64,000 nucleotides of DNA, taken from Candidatus Thalassarchaeum betae. Its GTDB lineage: Archaea > Thermoplasmatota > Poseidoniia > Poseidoniales > Thalassarchaeaceae. The notes beneath the pieces were generated by a model. That model had not been told where the DNA came from. It ran no database searches and saw only the letters and a program-made list of their open reading frames with translations. A program made the translations under genes and the position numbers. The stretch is taken from assembly GCA_003193925.1 (NCBI GenBank), contig PSPG01000001.1, positions 160,001 through 224,000 on the forward strand, given 5' to 3'. Below, piece after piece: positions 1 through 8,084 of this stretch (positions are counted from its first letter, which is position 1; the number at the start of each line of letters is the position of its first letter).

Positions 1-73
1 AGAACGGATCAGACACCTGATTGACGAGGCACTGAAACCACAGTTAAAACCACCCGAGGCACAAGCCCTTCTC

Positions 74-397
74 ATGGAGGGACGCGAGTCGCTGACCGAC
101 CTCGAACGCGGCGATGAGGACTGCGTACTCCGATTCGCTGACGGCGCGGCCTTCACAGTCAGTTACCTTGCTATTCGATGTCGCTGCCAGTGCGCCAAGT
201 GCAAGCCCCGTCAGGAGAACGAGCAGAGGCTGCTCGAGTTCGAGGAGGAGGTCGCGAGGCTTCGGGTGGAGAAGCCCAAGGCCGAGCCGGTTGGTCACTA
301 TGGAATCATCTTCGATTGGCGGACTGGATGCTCCAGTGGAATACACTCCTTCAGCCATCTGAGAAGAGTTGCGGAAGAACTGGGTATCTCGCTCTGA
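74..397 (+). CDS. DUF971 / GBBH-like N-terminal domain protein (small metal-binding)
   Basis: LAIRCRCQCAKC and PVGHYGIIFDWRTGCSSGIHSFSHLR match the DUF971 pattern (LR..CPCA.C ... VG.YA....W.DGH..GIY....L). The frame is open back to the window start, so the start is uncertain. Confidence 0.7.
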   Translation: MEGRESLTDLERGDEDCVLRFADGAAFTVSYLAIRCRCQCAKCKPRQENEQRLLEFEEEVARLRVEKPKAEPVGHYGIIFDWRTGCSSGIHSFSHLRRVAEELGISL

Positions 398-492
398 ACC
401 ACATATTCCCAGCCCGAAGAGGTCAAAGGTGAGCCTTCGGTCGCGTATTCATCGAATACACGGGTTCCCCCCGTGGCTTCGGTGGTGATCCG

Positions 493-1920
493 ATGAATTG
501 GGATGGTCCTGATACAGGCGAGCCGAAGCTCGACGAGGAGGATGAGTGGCAACTCTACGCCAGCGCCGGGTACGCCTCTGCAGAAGTCGTCACCGAGACT
601 GAGGGGATCGAAGAGGAGGAGCATGAGGAGGTCTGGTTCGACGGCGACGACCTAGAGCTCACCGGCGCCCCGATAGACTGGGACGCACCTCCTTGCCCCG
701 CCCCGCTCGGGATTGCCCACATCATCAGGATAGGAGCATGCGACCACTGCCTGCACAGGTTGGCCGGCCGCAGGACCGAGCTCCCTGGAGCGCCGGGGGG
801 CGAGGAGATTCGCATTGAGGCTCTCGCCAGAGATGCAGAGCTGGCTAAGTTCGAGACCCCTGACCTGTGCCCCTTGTGCGAGGACCTGTTCGACGACGTC
901 GGCAACATCGTCAGCAGAGTCGTCGAGTCCACCGAGGGAATCGAGCATTCCACCATCCAGTTCGGGATCCACCTGCCCAAGGACCTGATACAGGAGGAGG
1001 ACCGCATCCGCAGCAGGCACGGAGCGCCGGCTTCGAGGCCTCTCAAGGCGGCCTTCGTCGACGCCATTCAGAACGAGTTATCCGGGCACATGCCCAATGT
1101 CAAGTTCATCAAGGAGAGGCCTGACCTTATGATACTGGTCGACGGCCTGACCTTGCGTATCGACGTCGATGTAAGACCGGTCTTTCTCTATAGCAGGTAC
1201 CGCAAGCTCAGTCGGGAGATTCCGCAGACCCGCTGGCCGTGCAGAGCATGCAGGGGCAGGGAAGACGGTTGCGAATCCTGCGAGGGGACTGGACTCCAGT
1301 ACCTCCACTCCGTGCAGGACCTCATCGGCGAGCCCCTTCGCATCGCTCTCAACGCCGAGGACACTTCCTTCCATGGCATGGGCAGGGAAGACATCGACGT
1401 CAGGTGCCTCGGCTCGGGCCGTCCCTTCGTCTTGGAGATCAAGAATCCGAAGATTCGCGAGACCGACTTAGACAAACTCGTCTCGACGGTCAATGAGAGC
1501 GCCGAGGGCAAGGTCGAGATCGACTCGCTGAGGTGGTCCAAGCGGGGTGAGGTGAGAAAGGTCAAGGAGACCCGCTCCGAGAAGACCTACACCATCCGAT
1601 TGAAGGTCGACGACATCCCCGATGAGAACACCGTCGTCAAGTCCATCTCGAGCCTCTCTGGGGTCGTGTTGGAGCAGGAGACCCCCAAGAGGGTCTCTCA
1701 CCGCAGGGCGGCAAAGACCCGCAAGAGGAAGATAGTCTCCATCAGCGATGTTTTCGTCGAGGGCGACGAGGTCCAGATGACGCTGCGCTGCGAGGCGGGG
1801 ACCTACATCAAGGAACTCGTACACTCGGACGAGGGCAGGACCGTCCCATCGGTGAGCGGCGCGCTTGAGAGGGAATGCGAGGTCCTGTGGCTCGATGTCG
1901 AGGAGATTCACGCTGACTGA
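493..1920 (+). CDS. pus10: tRNA pseudouridine(54/55) synthase Pus10
   Basis: CDHCLHR, CPLC, YRKLSREIPQTRW, FHGMGREDIDVRCLGSGRPFVLE, QETPKRVSHRR and GTYIKELVH motifs; acidic N-terminal extension; GGTGA SD upstream. Confidence 0.95.
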   Translation: MNWDGPDTGEPKLDEEDEWQLYASAGYASAEVVTETEGIEEEEHEEVWFDGDDLELTGAPIDWDAPPCPAPLGIAHIIRIGACDHCLHRLAGRRTELPGAPGGEEIRIEALARDAELAKFETPDLCPLCEDLFDDVGNIVSRVVESTEGIEHSTIQFGIHLPKDLIQEEDRIRSRHGAPASRPLKAAFVDAIQNELSGHMPNVKFIKERPDLMILVDGLTLRIDVDVRPVFLYSRYRKLSREIPQTRWPCRACRGREDGCESCEGTGLQYLHSVQDLIGEPLRIALNAEDTSFHGMGREDIDVRCLGSGRPFVLEIKNPKIRETDLDKLVSTVNESAEGKVEIDSLRWSKRGEVRKVKETRSEKTYTIRLKVDDIPDENTVVKSISSLSGVVLEQETPKRVSHRRAAKTRKRKIVSISDVFVEGDEVQMTLRCEAGTYIKELVHSDEGRTVPSVSGALERECEVLWLDVEEIHAD

Positions 1921-1998
1921 GCCCTGAACCTCATCCGAGCCCTTAAGAGGAATCGGCAGGTCGAACGCTTCCGCGACCTACGGTCGAAAGGTGATTTG

Positions 1999-2292
1999 TT
2001 GGCTAAGAGAGCACATGGCACACGCCAAGGCACTCGCAGCATTCTCAAGAAGAAGAAGGCCGAGCGCAGCCGCGTTTTCATCAACCGAGTGATGCACCCC
2101 TACGCCGATGGCGACAGCGTCGCGATCGTGCTTGATGGAGCCCAACAGAAGGGAATGCCCCACCGACGCTTCCAAGGCAAGACAGGAGTCATCTCCGGGA
2201 CCCAGGGACGAGCATACATCATCACCATCTCCGACGGAAACATGCAGAAGACGATAGTGGCCCGCCCCGAGCACCTCAGACCGATCGAGTGA
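1999..2292 (+). CDS. rpl21e: 50S ribosomal protein L21e
   Basis: KGMPHRRFQGKTG and RPEHLRP motifs. TTG start 4 nt after GGTGA (alternative TTG at 1996). Confidence 0.95.
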   Translation: MAKRAHGTRQGTRSILKKKKAERSRVFINRVMHPYADGDSVAIVLDGAQQKGMPHRRFQGKTGVISGTQGRAYIITISDGNMQKTIVARPEHLRPIE

Positions 2293-2301
2293 GTGATTCA
2301 G

Positions 2302-2655
2302 ATGGTAGAACGCGAGTACGTCGATTTCGCCACCGTCCGCGACTTGCTGCTGGACGCCAACGAGCGCCGAGGCGACCTGTCATACGAGCAGAAGATGGCC
2401 CTTGGTCACGCCGAGTGGGCAGCCAGTGAGAGCCGTGGGGGGATCAAGACCGATAAGGAGGTCTTCCGCGGGCTGCGCGACGCCCTCATGGAAAACGAAA
2501 AACTCTCCCCGCATCCCGAGATATGTGCCAAGTTGGCAGAACTCCACCCCATCGTCGTAGCGGATGTGAGAGTGGTCGTCGCAAGCAAGAGAATCGCGAT
2601 GGACACACCTGAAATCGAGGAGATCATCACTATCATCCGGCGGCACGTGCTCTGA
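2302..2655 (+). CDS. rpo4: DNA-directed RNA polymerase subunit F (Rpo4)
   Basis: LSYEQKMALGHA and AKLAELHP motifs; conserved archaeal order rpl21e-rpoF-DUF655-ksgA. Confidence 0.85.
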   Translation: MVEREYVDFATVRDLLLDANERRGDLSYEQKMALGHAEWAASESRGGIKTDKEVFRGLRDALMENEKLSPHPEICAKLAELHPIVVADVRVVVASKRIAMDTPEIEEIITIIRRHVL

Positions 2656-2725
2656 ACCGTCATTCTGACGTTTTTCCGCAACAATTCCATTCAAGGGGGG
2701 GGACCGCTCTGAATAAACGAGGGAT

Positions 2726-3298
2726 ATGCAACCTGGAGGCCAGAGCGAGCCAGACGAGGACGGCCCCGGGCTGTTCGACTCCGAGATTCACGTCAGGATC
2801 CTAGACCTGCAGGAGAGGCGGCCATTCGGACATGAGGTTCACGGTCTGAGCGAGCCCTCCTTGCATCTGGTTCGAGCGAGGGTCAACGACCTCGGGGGAC
2901 TTACGAGCGGCTCCAAAGTCAAAGTCGACTCTGACAGCCTCGGGCCGTTGTCTGAGATCAGGCATCGTGACCTCTCTGCGGCTGCCAACGGTGAGTTGAC
3001 CGAGGCAATCATGGATGTGATTTCGGAGGATTCCGAGAGGCATCTGGGCTTCTACAACCGCGCCAACAACCTCTCACTCAAGATGCACGCCTTCCAATTG
3101 CTGGCGGGCATCGGCAAGGCGAAGGCGCTGCAGATGGTCCAGCTTCGTGGAATGGTCGGTTGGAGCAACTTCGAGAAGGTCGACGAGGCTTGCGGCATCG
3201 ACTCAGCCAGACTGCTCGCAGAGCGTTATGTCAAGGAGATGGAAGACGCAGCCCAATCGCCCCGTCTGCTCGACCTGCTGGTTCGCTCCGAGATGTGA
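2726..3298 (+). CDS. DUF655 family putative RNA-binding protein
   Basis: FYNRANNLSLKMHAFQLLAGIGK (HhH) motif; syntenic position after rpo4. Confidence 0.85.
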   Translation: MQPGGQSEPDEDGPGLFDSEIHVRILDLQERRPFGHEVHGLSEPSLHLVRARVNDLGGLTSGSKVKVDSDSLGPLSEIRHRDLSAAANGELTEAIMDVISEDSERHLGFYNRANNLSLKMHAFQLLAGIGKAKALQMVQLRGMVGWSNFEKVDEACGIDSARLLAERYVKEMEDAAQSPRLLDLLVRSEM

Positions 3299-3312
3299 TT
3301 CGGGGTCGGGCC

Positions 3313-4203
3313 ATGGATGACTTGGACACGCGTCTCCTAGTCGACCTCCTGCGAGACAGGGTTCGCCCGAACAGGTCCCTCGGACAGCATTTCCTGGTCG
3401 ATGACGCAGTTATCTCCCGCTCGGTGGTCCTGGCTTCCTGCGCGAACCCCCTCGATTCGGACTCGCATGTGCTTGAGATAGGGCCGGGACCCGGCTCTCT
3501 CACACTGGCGCTTCTGAGGACCGGGGCTAGGGTGACCGCGTTCGAGGTGGACGGCGAGGCCGTCTCCCACTTGCAGCGCGTCTTCGGAGACGCTGACGGC
3601 CACCTCGACCTCCGTCAGGCCGACGCGTTGGAGGGCGACTGGCCTGCTGACGTAACTCACATGGTGGCCAATCTCCCCTATCAGATATCCAGCCCCGTCT
3701 TGGAGAGGATACAAAGGCATCACGCCGAGCATCCAATGGCGGCGGTCGTACTGCTCCTGCAGGCGGAGTTCGCAGAGCGGATGGCCATCAGCAGGAACCA
3801 GGCAGCTCTGAGTCCACTCGGCCTCTCTCTCTGGCTGGATTTCGACGTAGAGTTGGATGCCAAGGTGCCCCCGCACTCGTTCAGCCCCTCCCCCAGCGTG
3901 AGCTCCCGTCTGGCCTTGCTGCGCCCGGTGGACAGGGAGCCCGGGATCGACCGCAGGATGTTCAGGGCCATTACCCAGCACTGCTTCGCCAACAGGCGGC
4001 GGAAGTTGCGGACCCTGCTGTCCAAGCCGCCAAACCGCCTGAGCCGGATCAAGGGCTGGCACAGGCAGCGCTGGGCCGAAGCTGTCGACACTGTCATCCA
4101 GGCTGCTCCAGAGGGTCTCCCGGAAGGCTGGCTGGATCTGCGACCAGAGAATCTGGAGACATCCAACTGGGTCTCTCTCACGAACGCAATTTCGTTGAAT
4201 TGA
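3313..4203 (+). CDS. rsmA: 16S rRNA (adenine-N6,N6)-dimethyltransferase KsgA/RsmA
   Basis: SLGQHFLVD, VLEIGPGPGSLT, ANLPYQISSP, FSPSPSVSS and FANRRRKL motifs. Confidence 0.95.
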   Translation: MDDLDTRLLVDLLRDRVRPNRSLGQHFLVDDAVISRSVVLASCANPLDSDSHVLEIGPGPGSLTLALLRTGARVTAFEVDGEAVSHLQRVFGDADGHLDLRQADALEGDWPADVTHMVANLPYQISSPVLERIQRHHAEHPMAAVVLLLQAEFAERMAISRNQAALSPLGLSLWLDFDVELDAKVPPHSFSPSPSVSSRLALLRPVDREPGIDRRMFRAITQHCFANRRRKLRTLLSKPPNRLSRIKGWHRQRWAEAVDTVIQAAPEGLPEGWLDLRPENLETSNWVSLTNAISLN

Positions 4204-4303
4204 ACCGATTTGCTGGGGTTTTGACCACGCCTTGATAGAGCACCCTCGGCTCGGCGGGTCAGGGTGGCGAGCACGCGACGGGCCCGAGCTAGGATGAGTA
4301 CTC

Positions 4304-5395
4304 ATGGCGAAGAAGGACACCTATCTCGCGCTGCTTCGACGCGGCATCGACGAGAACACGGCTCACATCCTTTCCGACAGCGGCGTCAAGGTCGGCGATC
4401 TGAAGAAACTGGACCCCGAGACGCTCATCAACAACTACGGCCTGAAGAGGGGGATAGCGAAGTCTGTCTTGGACGCAGTACGCTCAGGCCCGCGTGACTC
4501 GAGCCAGCAGAGATTCCTCGCCGACGTCCTCTCCGGCCGCGGCAAGAAGAAGGTCGACAAGATCGAGGAGCAGCGCTTCAAGCGGGAGCAGAAGGACCTG
4601 CACGCCGAACTACTCGAGAAGAAGGAGCAACTCAGGATAGCCAGAGTCGAGTCATTCCGCAACAAGAAACTGGTCATGAACCGCCTAGGCAAGACCATCG
4701 AGCTCATCGTCAAGCTGGAGAACACCTTCGATGACGAATCCAAGGACGAACAGCGCTCCAAACTGCGAGACCAACTCGAGACCAGAGGGCTCGAGGCCGC
4801 CAGAGACCACGAGATGCTCGAACTGGTCGGGACACCGCAGGACATCGTCGACTTCCGTCGGAAGATAGCACCGACGCTCTGCCTCCATGCATGCCCCTCG
4901 TGCGGAGAGGAAATGGACCCACGGGGCGGCAATGTCGTGGAGGACATGAGCGATTTCATGCTGGTTTGCTGGGAGTGCGAGGAGGAATTCAGAGCGCCAA
5001 TGGCCCAAATCGTCGAAGATTGGTTGGAAAACGGCTCCAGAATCAAGATCGACCCGAAAAAGAAGCCCCGCCTGCCGGTCGCAAGGCTTCCGAAGAAAAA
5101 GGACACGCCTTCGGTGACCGACTTGATGATCCGCGACCTCGAGTCGACCGGAGCCACGGCAGAGGAGCTCGAGGCAGCCGTGCAGTCGAGCAAGCTCTCT
5201 GGCGTGCTGATGAGCATAGACGACTGGATCGACCAGACGATAGCCGCCAAGGGCTACATCCAGGCGCAGGAGCACCGCGAGGAGTTCATCATCGCCACAG
5301 GCGCGGGGGCTACGAAGTTCAACAAGTGGATGAAGAAGGCTGGACTGGTCTTCAACAAGCAGACTGGCAGATGGACACGTTGGGAAGACCGCTGA
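4304..5395 (+). CDS. Hypothetical protein: HhH-like N-terminus, coiled coil, CxxC...CxxC zinc ribbon, winged-helix-like C-terminus
   Basis: 363-aa ORF with strong GC3 codon bias; CPSC and CWEC pairs; K/E-rich helical middle. Confidence 0.8.
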   Translation: MAKKDTYLALLRRGIDENTAHILSDSGVKVGDLKKLDPETLINNYGLKRGIAKSVLDAVRSGPRDSSQQRFLADVLSGRGKKKVDKIEEQRFKREQKDLHAELLEKKEQLRIARVESFRNKKLVMNRLGKTIELIVKLENTFDDESKDEQRSKLRDQLETRGLEAARDHEMLELVGTPQDIVDFRRKIAPTLCLHACPSCGEEMDPRGGNVVEDMSDFMLVCWECEEEFRAPMAQIVEDWLENGSRIKIDPKKKPRLPVARLPKKKDTPSVTDLMIRDLESTGATAEELEAAVQSSKLSGVLMSIDDWIDQTIAAKGYIQAQEHREEFIIATGAGATKFNKWMKKAGLVFNKQTGRWTRWEDR

Positions 5396-5404
5396 GGCAG
5401 GTCC

Positions 5405-5704
5405 ATGGCGGACGAGACCCCCGTCATCCGGTTCTTCCGAGGCTCGAGGCCGCTGGGAACGGCCCGAATCGTGCCTGACACGCCGATTGTGGAGATAGCG
5501 GAACTCGCAGGCGTCGAGATTCCGACTAACTGCACCGCGGGGAACTGTGGGACCTGTCTCGTCAGGCTGGTTAGAGGCCGAGTCGACCTTCCCGAAGAGC
5601 TCCCGCCGGGACTGGACGATGATGTCGTGGCTGAAGGCGGCATCCTGACATGCTGCCTGTACCCTACAGGATCATGCGACATCGACGTGATTCCCCCGTT
5701 GTAG
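5405..5704 (+). CDS. Plant-type [2Fe-2S] ferredoxin
   Basis: CTAGNCGTC (C-x4-C-x2-C) plus a distal ILTCC. Confidence 0.9.
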   Translation: MADETPVIRFFRGSRPLGTARIVPDTPIVEIAELAGVEIPTNCTAGNCGTCLVRLVRGRVDLPEELPPGLDDDVVAEGGILTCCLYPTGSCDIDVIPPL

Positions 5705-5712
5705 GTGAGTGA

Positions 5713-5880
5713 ATGGTGGATTGGAGCGATCCCGAGTTTCAGAAGAGCCTGATTATCTCGATAATCGGCTTGAGCGCGGGCATCTGGTGGATATCTGGCA
5801 GGATTCGGGCCAAGTTGGCTGAAGTCGAGGAGAGAAGGGCTAGGAGATGGCATGAAACCGATGAAATCTCGGACGAATGA
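5713..5880 (+). CDS. Small single-pass membrane protein (55 aa), not in the ORF track
   Basis: GGTGA SD, then ATG at 5713: MVDWSDPEFQKSLIISIIGLSAGIWWISGRIRAKLAEVEERRARRWHETDEISDE*. It has one hydrophobic helix followed by a charged tail. Confidence 0.65.
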   Translation: MVDWSDPEFQKSLIISIIGLSAGIWWISGRIRAKLAEVEERRARRWHETDEISDE

Positions 5881-5882
5881 CG

Positions 5883-5910
5883 GGTTTTGTTAATAATTAT
5901 TAAATAATGC
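5883..5910. other. AT-rich 28-bp site with tyrosine-recombinase (dif-like) architecture, between convergent genes
   Basis: GGTTTTGTTAA-TAATTA-TTAAATAATGC: 11-bp arms (7/11 inverted identity) with a TAA-N6-TTA core. It contains the perfect 14-bp palindrome TTAATAATTATTAA (5890-5903). Confidence 0.4.
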
Positions 5911-5917
5911 CAGTCAA

Positions 5918-6235
5918 TCACTCGTTCACAGCCGCAGTCCATCGTTCTGCCTGTGGCACTCCAACCACCTCAATATGGCATCCCAGAATGCCTTTCTGCG
6001 AAGTCACCTCGTTTCTCAGTCTAATCAGGTCATCGAGGCAGCACGGGCAGTGGGGATGAGGTGGTTTGACCCACAATTCCACTATTCCGGCCTCGTCGAC
6101 CTCGACCCCCTTCAGAACCGACTCGTCGGTGATTGGCTTGCCGTGCGGCTCGTTGCGACCCCTCAGCACTCTCGCGAGCCTCATCTGAGCCGTTTGCTTC
6201 GCCTTGGTCACAGTCCCAGCACCTCCGAAAGCCAC
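5918..6235 (-). CDS. DUF59/MIP18-like Fe-S assembly domain protein
   Basis: NEPHGKPITDESVLKGVEVD...VELWVKPPHPHCPCC resembles DUF59 (DPE...I..LG.V..V...T.P.CP). Confidence 0.65.
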   Translation of the reverse strand: MAFGGAGTVTKAKQTAQMRLARVLRGRNEPHGKPITDESVLKGVEVDEAGIVELWVKPPHPHCPCCLDDLIRLRNEVTSQKGILGCHIEVVGVPQAERWTAAVNE

Positions 6236-6729
6236 GCCTTAGCGGCATCAACATCGGGCAAATCAGCGACCTCAGCACCCTCTCTGCGGTGATCCAGCCT
6301 CCTTCCAGCGAGCTCGGAGGCCCAGCCTCCGGTGCTCGACATCGTGGCTACCGGCTTTTCGATCTGCCACGCGAAGGCGATTTCAGAGAGTGTGCCAGAG
6401 CCCCCTCTGACCGCGATGCAGGCATCGCCTGCGCGAGCCACCAGCATGTTCCTGAACAGCCCGAGACCGGTAGGGATGACCACGTCGATGTGCGGATTGG
6501 CTGAATCAGGGTCCTCCATCGGCAGGATCCCGATGGTGTCTCCACTCTGGTATGACTGGCTGCTCTGTGCGCCCCTGCAGACCGCCGTCATCGAACCGCC
6601 GAGCCCTCCGCAGGCCACTCTGCAGCCCAAATCGACGATGGCTCTGCCCAGATCCTCGCACAGAGCCTCGACCTCGGGGACCTCGGAGAGGTCGTTCGAG
6701 CCGAATACGGAGACTATCGGCTTCCTCAT
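6208..6729 (-). CDS. LOG-family / TIGR00725 Rossmann-fold protein
   Basis: CGGLGGSM, TIGILP, TGLGLFRN and GGSGTLSEIAFA motifs. Confidence 0.9.
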   Translation of the reverse strand: MRKPIVSVFGSNDLSEVPEVEALCEDLGRAIVDLGCRVACGGLGGSMTAVCRGAQSSQSYQSGDTIGILPMEDPDSANPHIDVVIPTGLGLFRNMLVARAGDACIAVRGGSGTLSEIAFAWQIEKPVATMSSTGGWASELAGRRLDHRREGAEVADLPDVDAAKAWLSEVLGL

Positions 6730-6730
6730 G

Positions 6731-7984
6731 CTACCACTCCGTGAGTATCGGGAACGACTTCCCCATCGTCAGGCACTCCATGCCATCGCTCGTTCGAACC
6801 CAGCTGTCTTCTGTCCCGATGGCACCCTCAGGGTAAATCACCTTAGGCTCGATCGCCATTGTGCCGCCTACCTGCAGAGGCCGATCGAAACCTCGAGCCA
6901 CCACCGGGGTCTCGTCGAGCTCGAGCCCGATCGAGTGGCCTAGGAACTTGGCTTGGTCGGGTGGCATGCCCATCAGGTGCTCGCCGCGCCCCATCTCGGC
7001 AACCAGCGAACTGCCAGCATCCCAAACAGCCGAGCAATCATCGCCTTTTCCGAGGCTGTCGACGACTAGGTCGCGTACCTGCGCCATGTCATCGAGCCTT
7101 TGCGTCCACTCGTCAGACAGCCGCCCGGCGCTGAACATGCGTGTGCAGTCTGAGACGTATCCCCGGTGTAAGTGAACGATGTCGACCAGCACCGGCTCAC
7201 CCTCGGCAACCCTAGCGAAGCCCGCGCCGAGTGAGGAGATAGGACTCGCTCCCAGACCAGCCACTGCAGAGTCGAAGTACGAGGGCACAGCGCCCGAGCG
7301 ACCTGCGGCGATGACGACCCTGTCGCAATCCATCGGCCACGTGCGCATCCTGATGCGGCCGCCGAAGCCTGCCGCCCTGCTGACCTCATCGGCGGCGCCG
7401 GCCATCTCAATCTCAGTGAGTCCAAGCCCCCCTCGGTCGCGGATAGCCTCGAACATCATCCGGTTGATCTCACCACTCCCGCGGTGCATCTCGAGCTCCC
7501 AGGCTGACTTGGTCTCCCTGAGGGTGAACAGCAGTCCTGTACAATCGGAGCTCTGCCCTTCGAGCCCACTCATCTTGGATGTGAGGAAGGACCAACGCTT
7601 CTGTGGGACCTTGCCTGCGAGCAATCCGGGTGCTTGAGTGCAACCAGCAGCCCGCAACGAGTCCTCGAAGTCCCCCATACTCGGGTGTCCCTCGATGGCA
7701 TGGGGCGAATCTCCTCCCCCTGCCTCGAAGCGAGCCCGCTTCAATGAACGCCTCACCCATTGCGTACTCCCGATGCCAGAGTCATCTGCACCGACTAGGA
7801 ACAGAGAGTTCTGACGCCCGCCGGTGAGCCAGTAGAGCTCTACCGGATCATCGACTAGGACGGATTCGTGGCCGGCTTCGGCGAGTGCCGCAGACAGCCT
7901 GCCCTGCCTGTCCTCCAATTCCGAGACTGGCACCCGCCAGTCCTCTCCGTCGGGGCCAGTCAGGCGCTCGGCATCCCAACTCAT
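6731..7984 (-). CDS. Xaa-Pro aminopeptidase / prolidase (M24B)
   Basis: Creatinase-like N-domain (ELYWLTG); VDIV, GYVSDCTR, GHSIGLELDE, AIEPK and GTEDS metal ligands. Confidence 0.9.
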   Translation of the reverse strand: MSWDAERLTGPDGEDWRVPVSELEDRQGRLSAALAEAGHESVLVDDPVELYWLTGGRQNSLFLVGADDSGIGSTQWVRRSLKRARFEAGGGDSPHAIEGHPSMGDFEDSLRAAGCTQAPGLLAGKVPQKRWSFLTSKMSGLEGQSSDCTGLLFTLRETKSAWELEMHRGSGEINRMMFEAIRDRGGLGLTEIEMAGAADEVSRAAGFGGRIRMRTWPMDCDRVVIAAGRSGAVPSYFDSAVAGLGASPISSLGAGFARVAEGEPVLVDIVHLHRGYVSDCTRMFSAGRLSDEWTQRLDDMAQVRDLVVDSLGKGDDCSAVWDAGSSLVAEMGRGEHLMGMPPDQAKFLGHSIGLELDETPVVARGFDRPLQVGGTMAIEPKVIYPEGAIGTEDSWVRTSDGMECLTMGKSFPILTEW

Positions 7985-8084
7985 GCGGCTGCTTCGAGCG
8001 CCACCCGTGAAAGGCATTGTGGGGCCACGCGGAGCGTGTTCGCCACCCACAACGGCCATAGAGGGACCGCTAGTGCCGCCAATC

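Noticed and set aside
1-73. N-terminal extension or fusion of the DUF971 ORF (frame open from position 2)
   Set aside because: It cannot be resolved at the window edge. A GTTAAAA TATA-like element about 25-30 nt before ATG 74 favours the shorter gene.
1955-1990. Short alternative hairpins (AGGTCG/CGACCT/GGTCG) in the rpl21e leader as an autoregulatory element
   Set aside because: Stems of only 5-6 bp are expected by chance at this GC content, and there is no comparative support.
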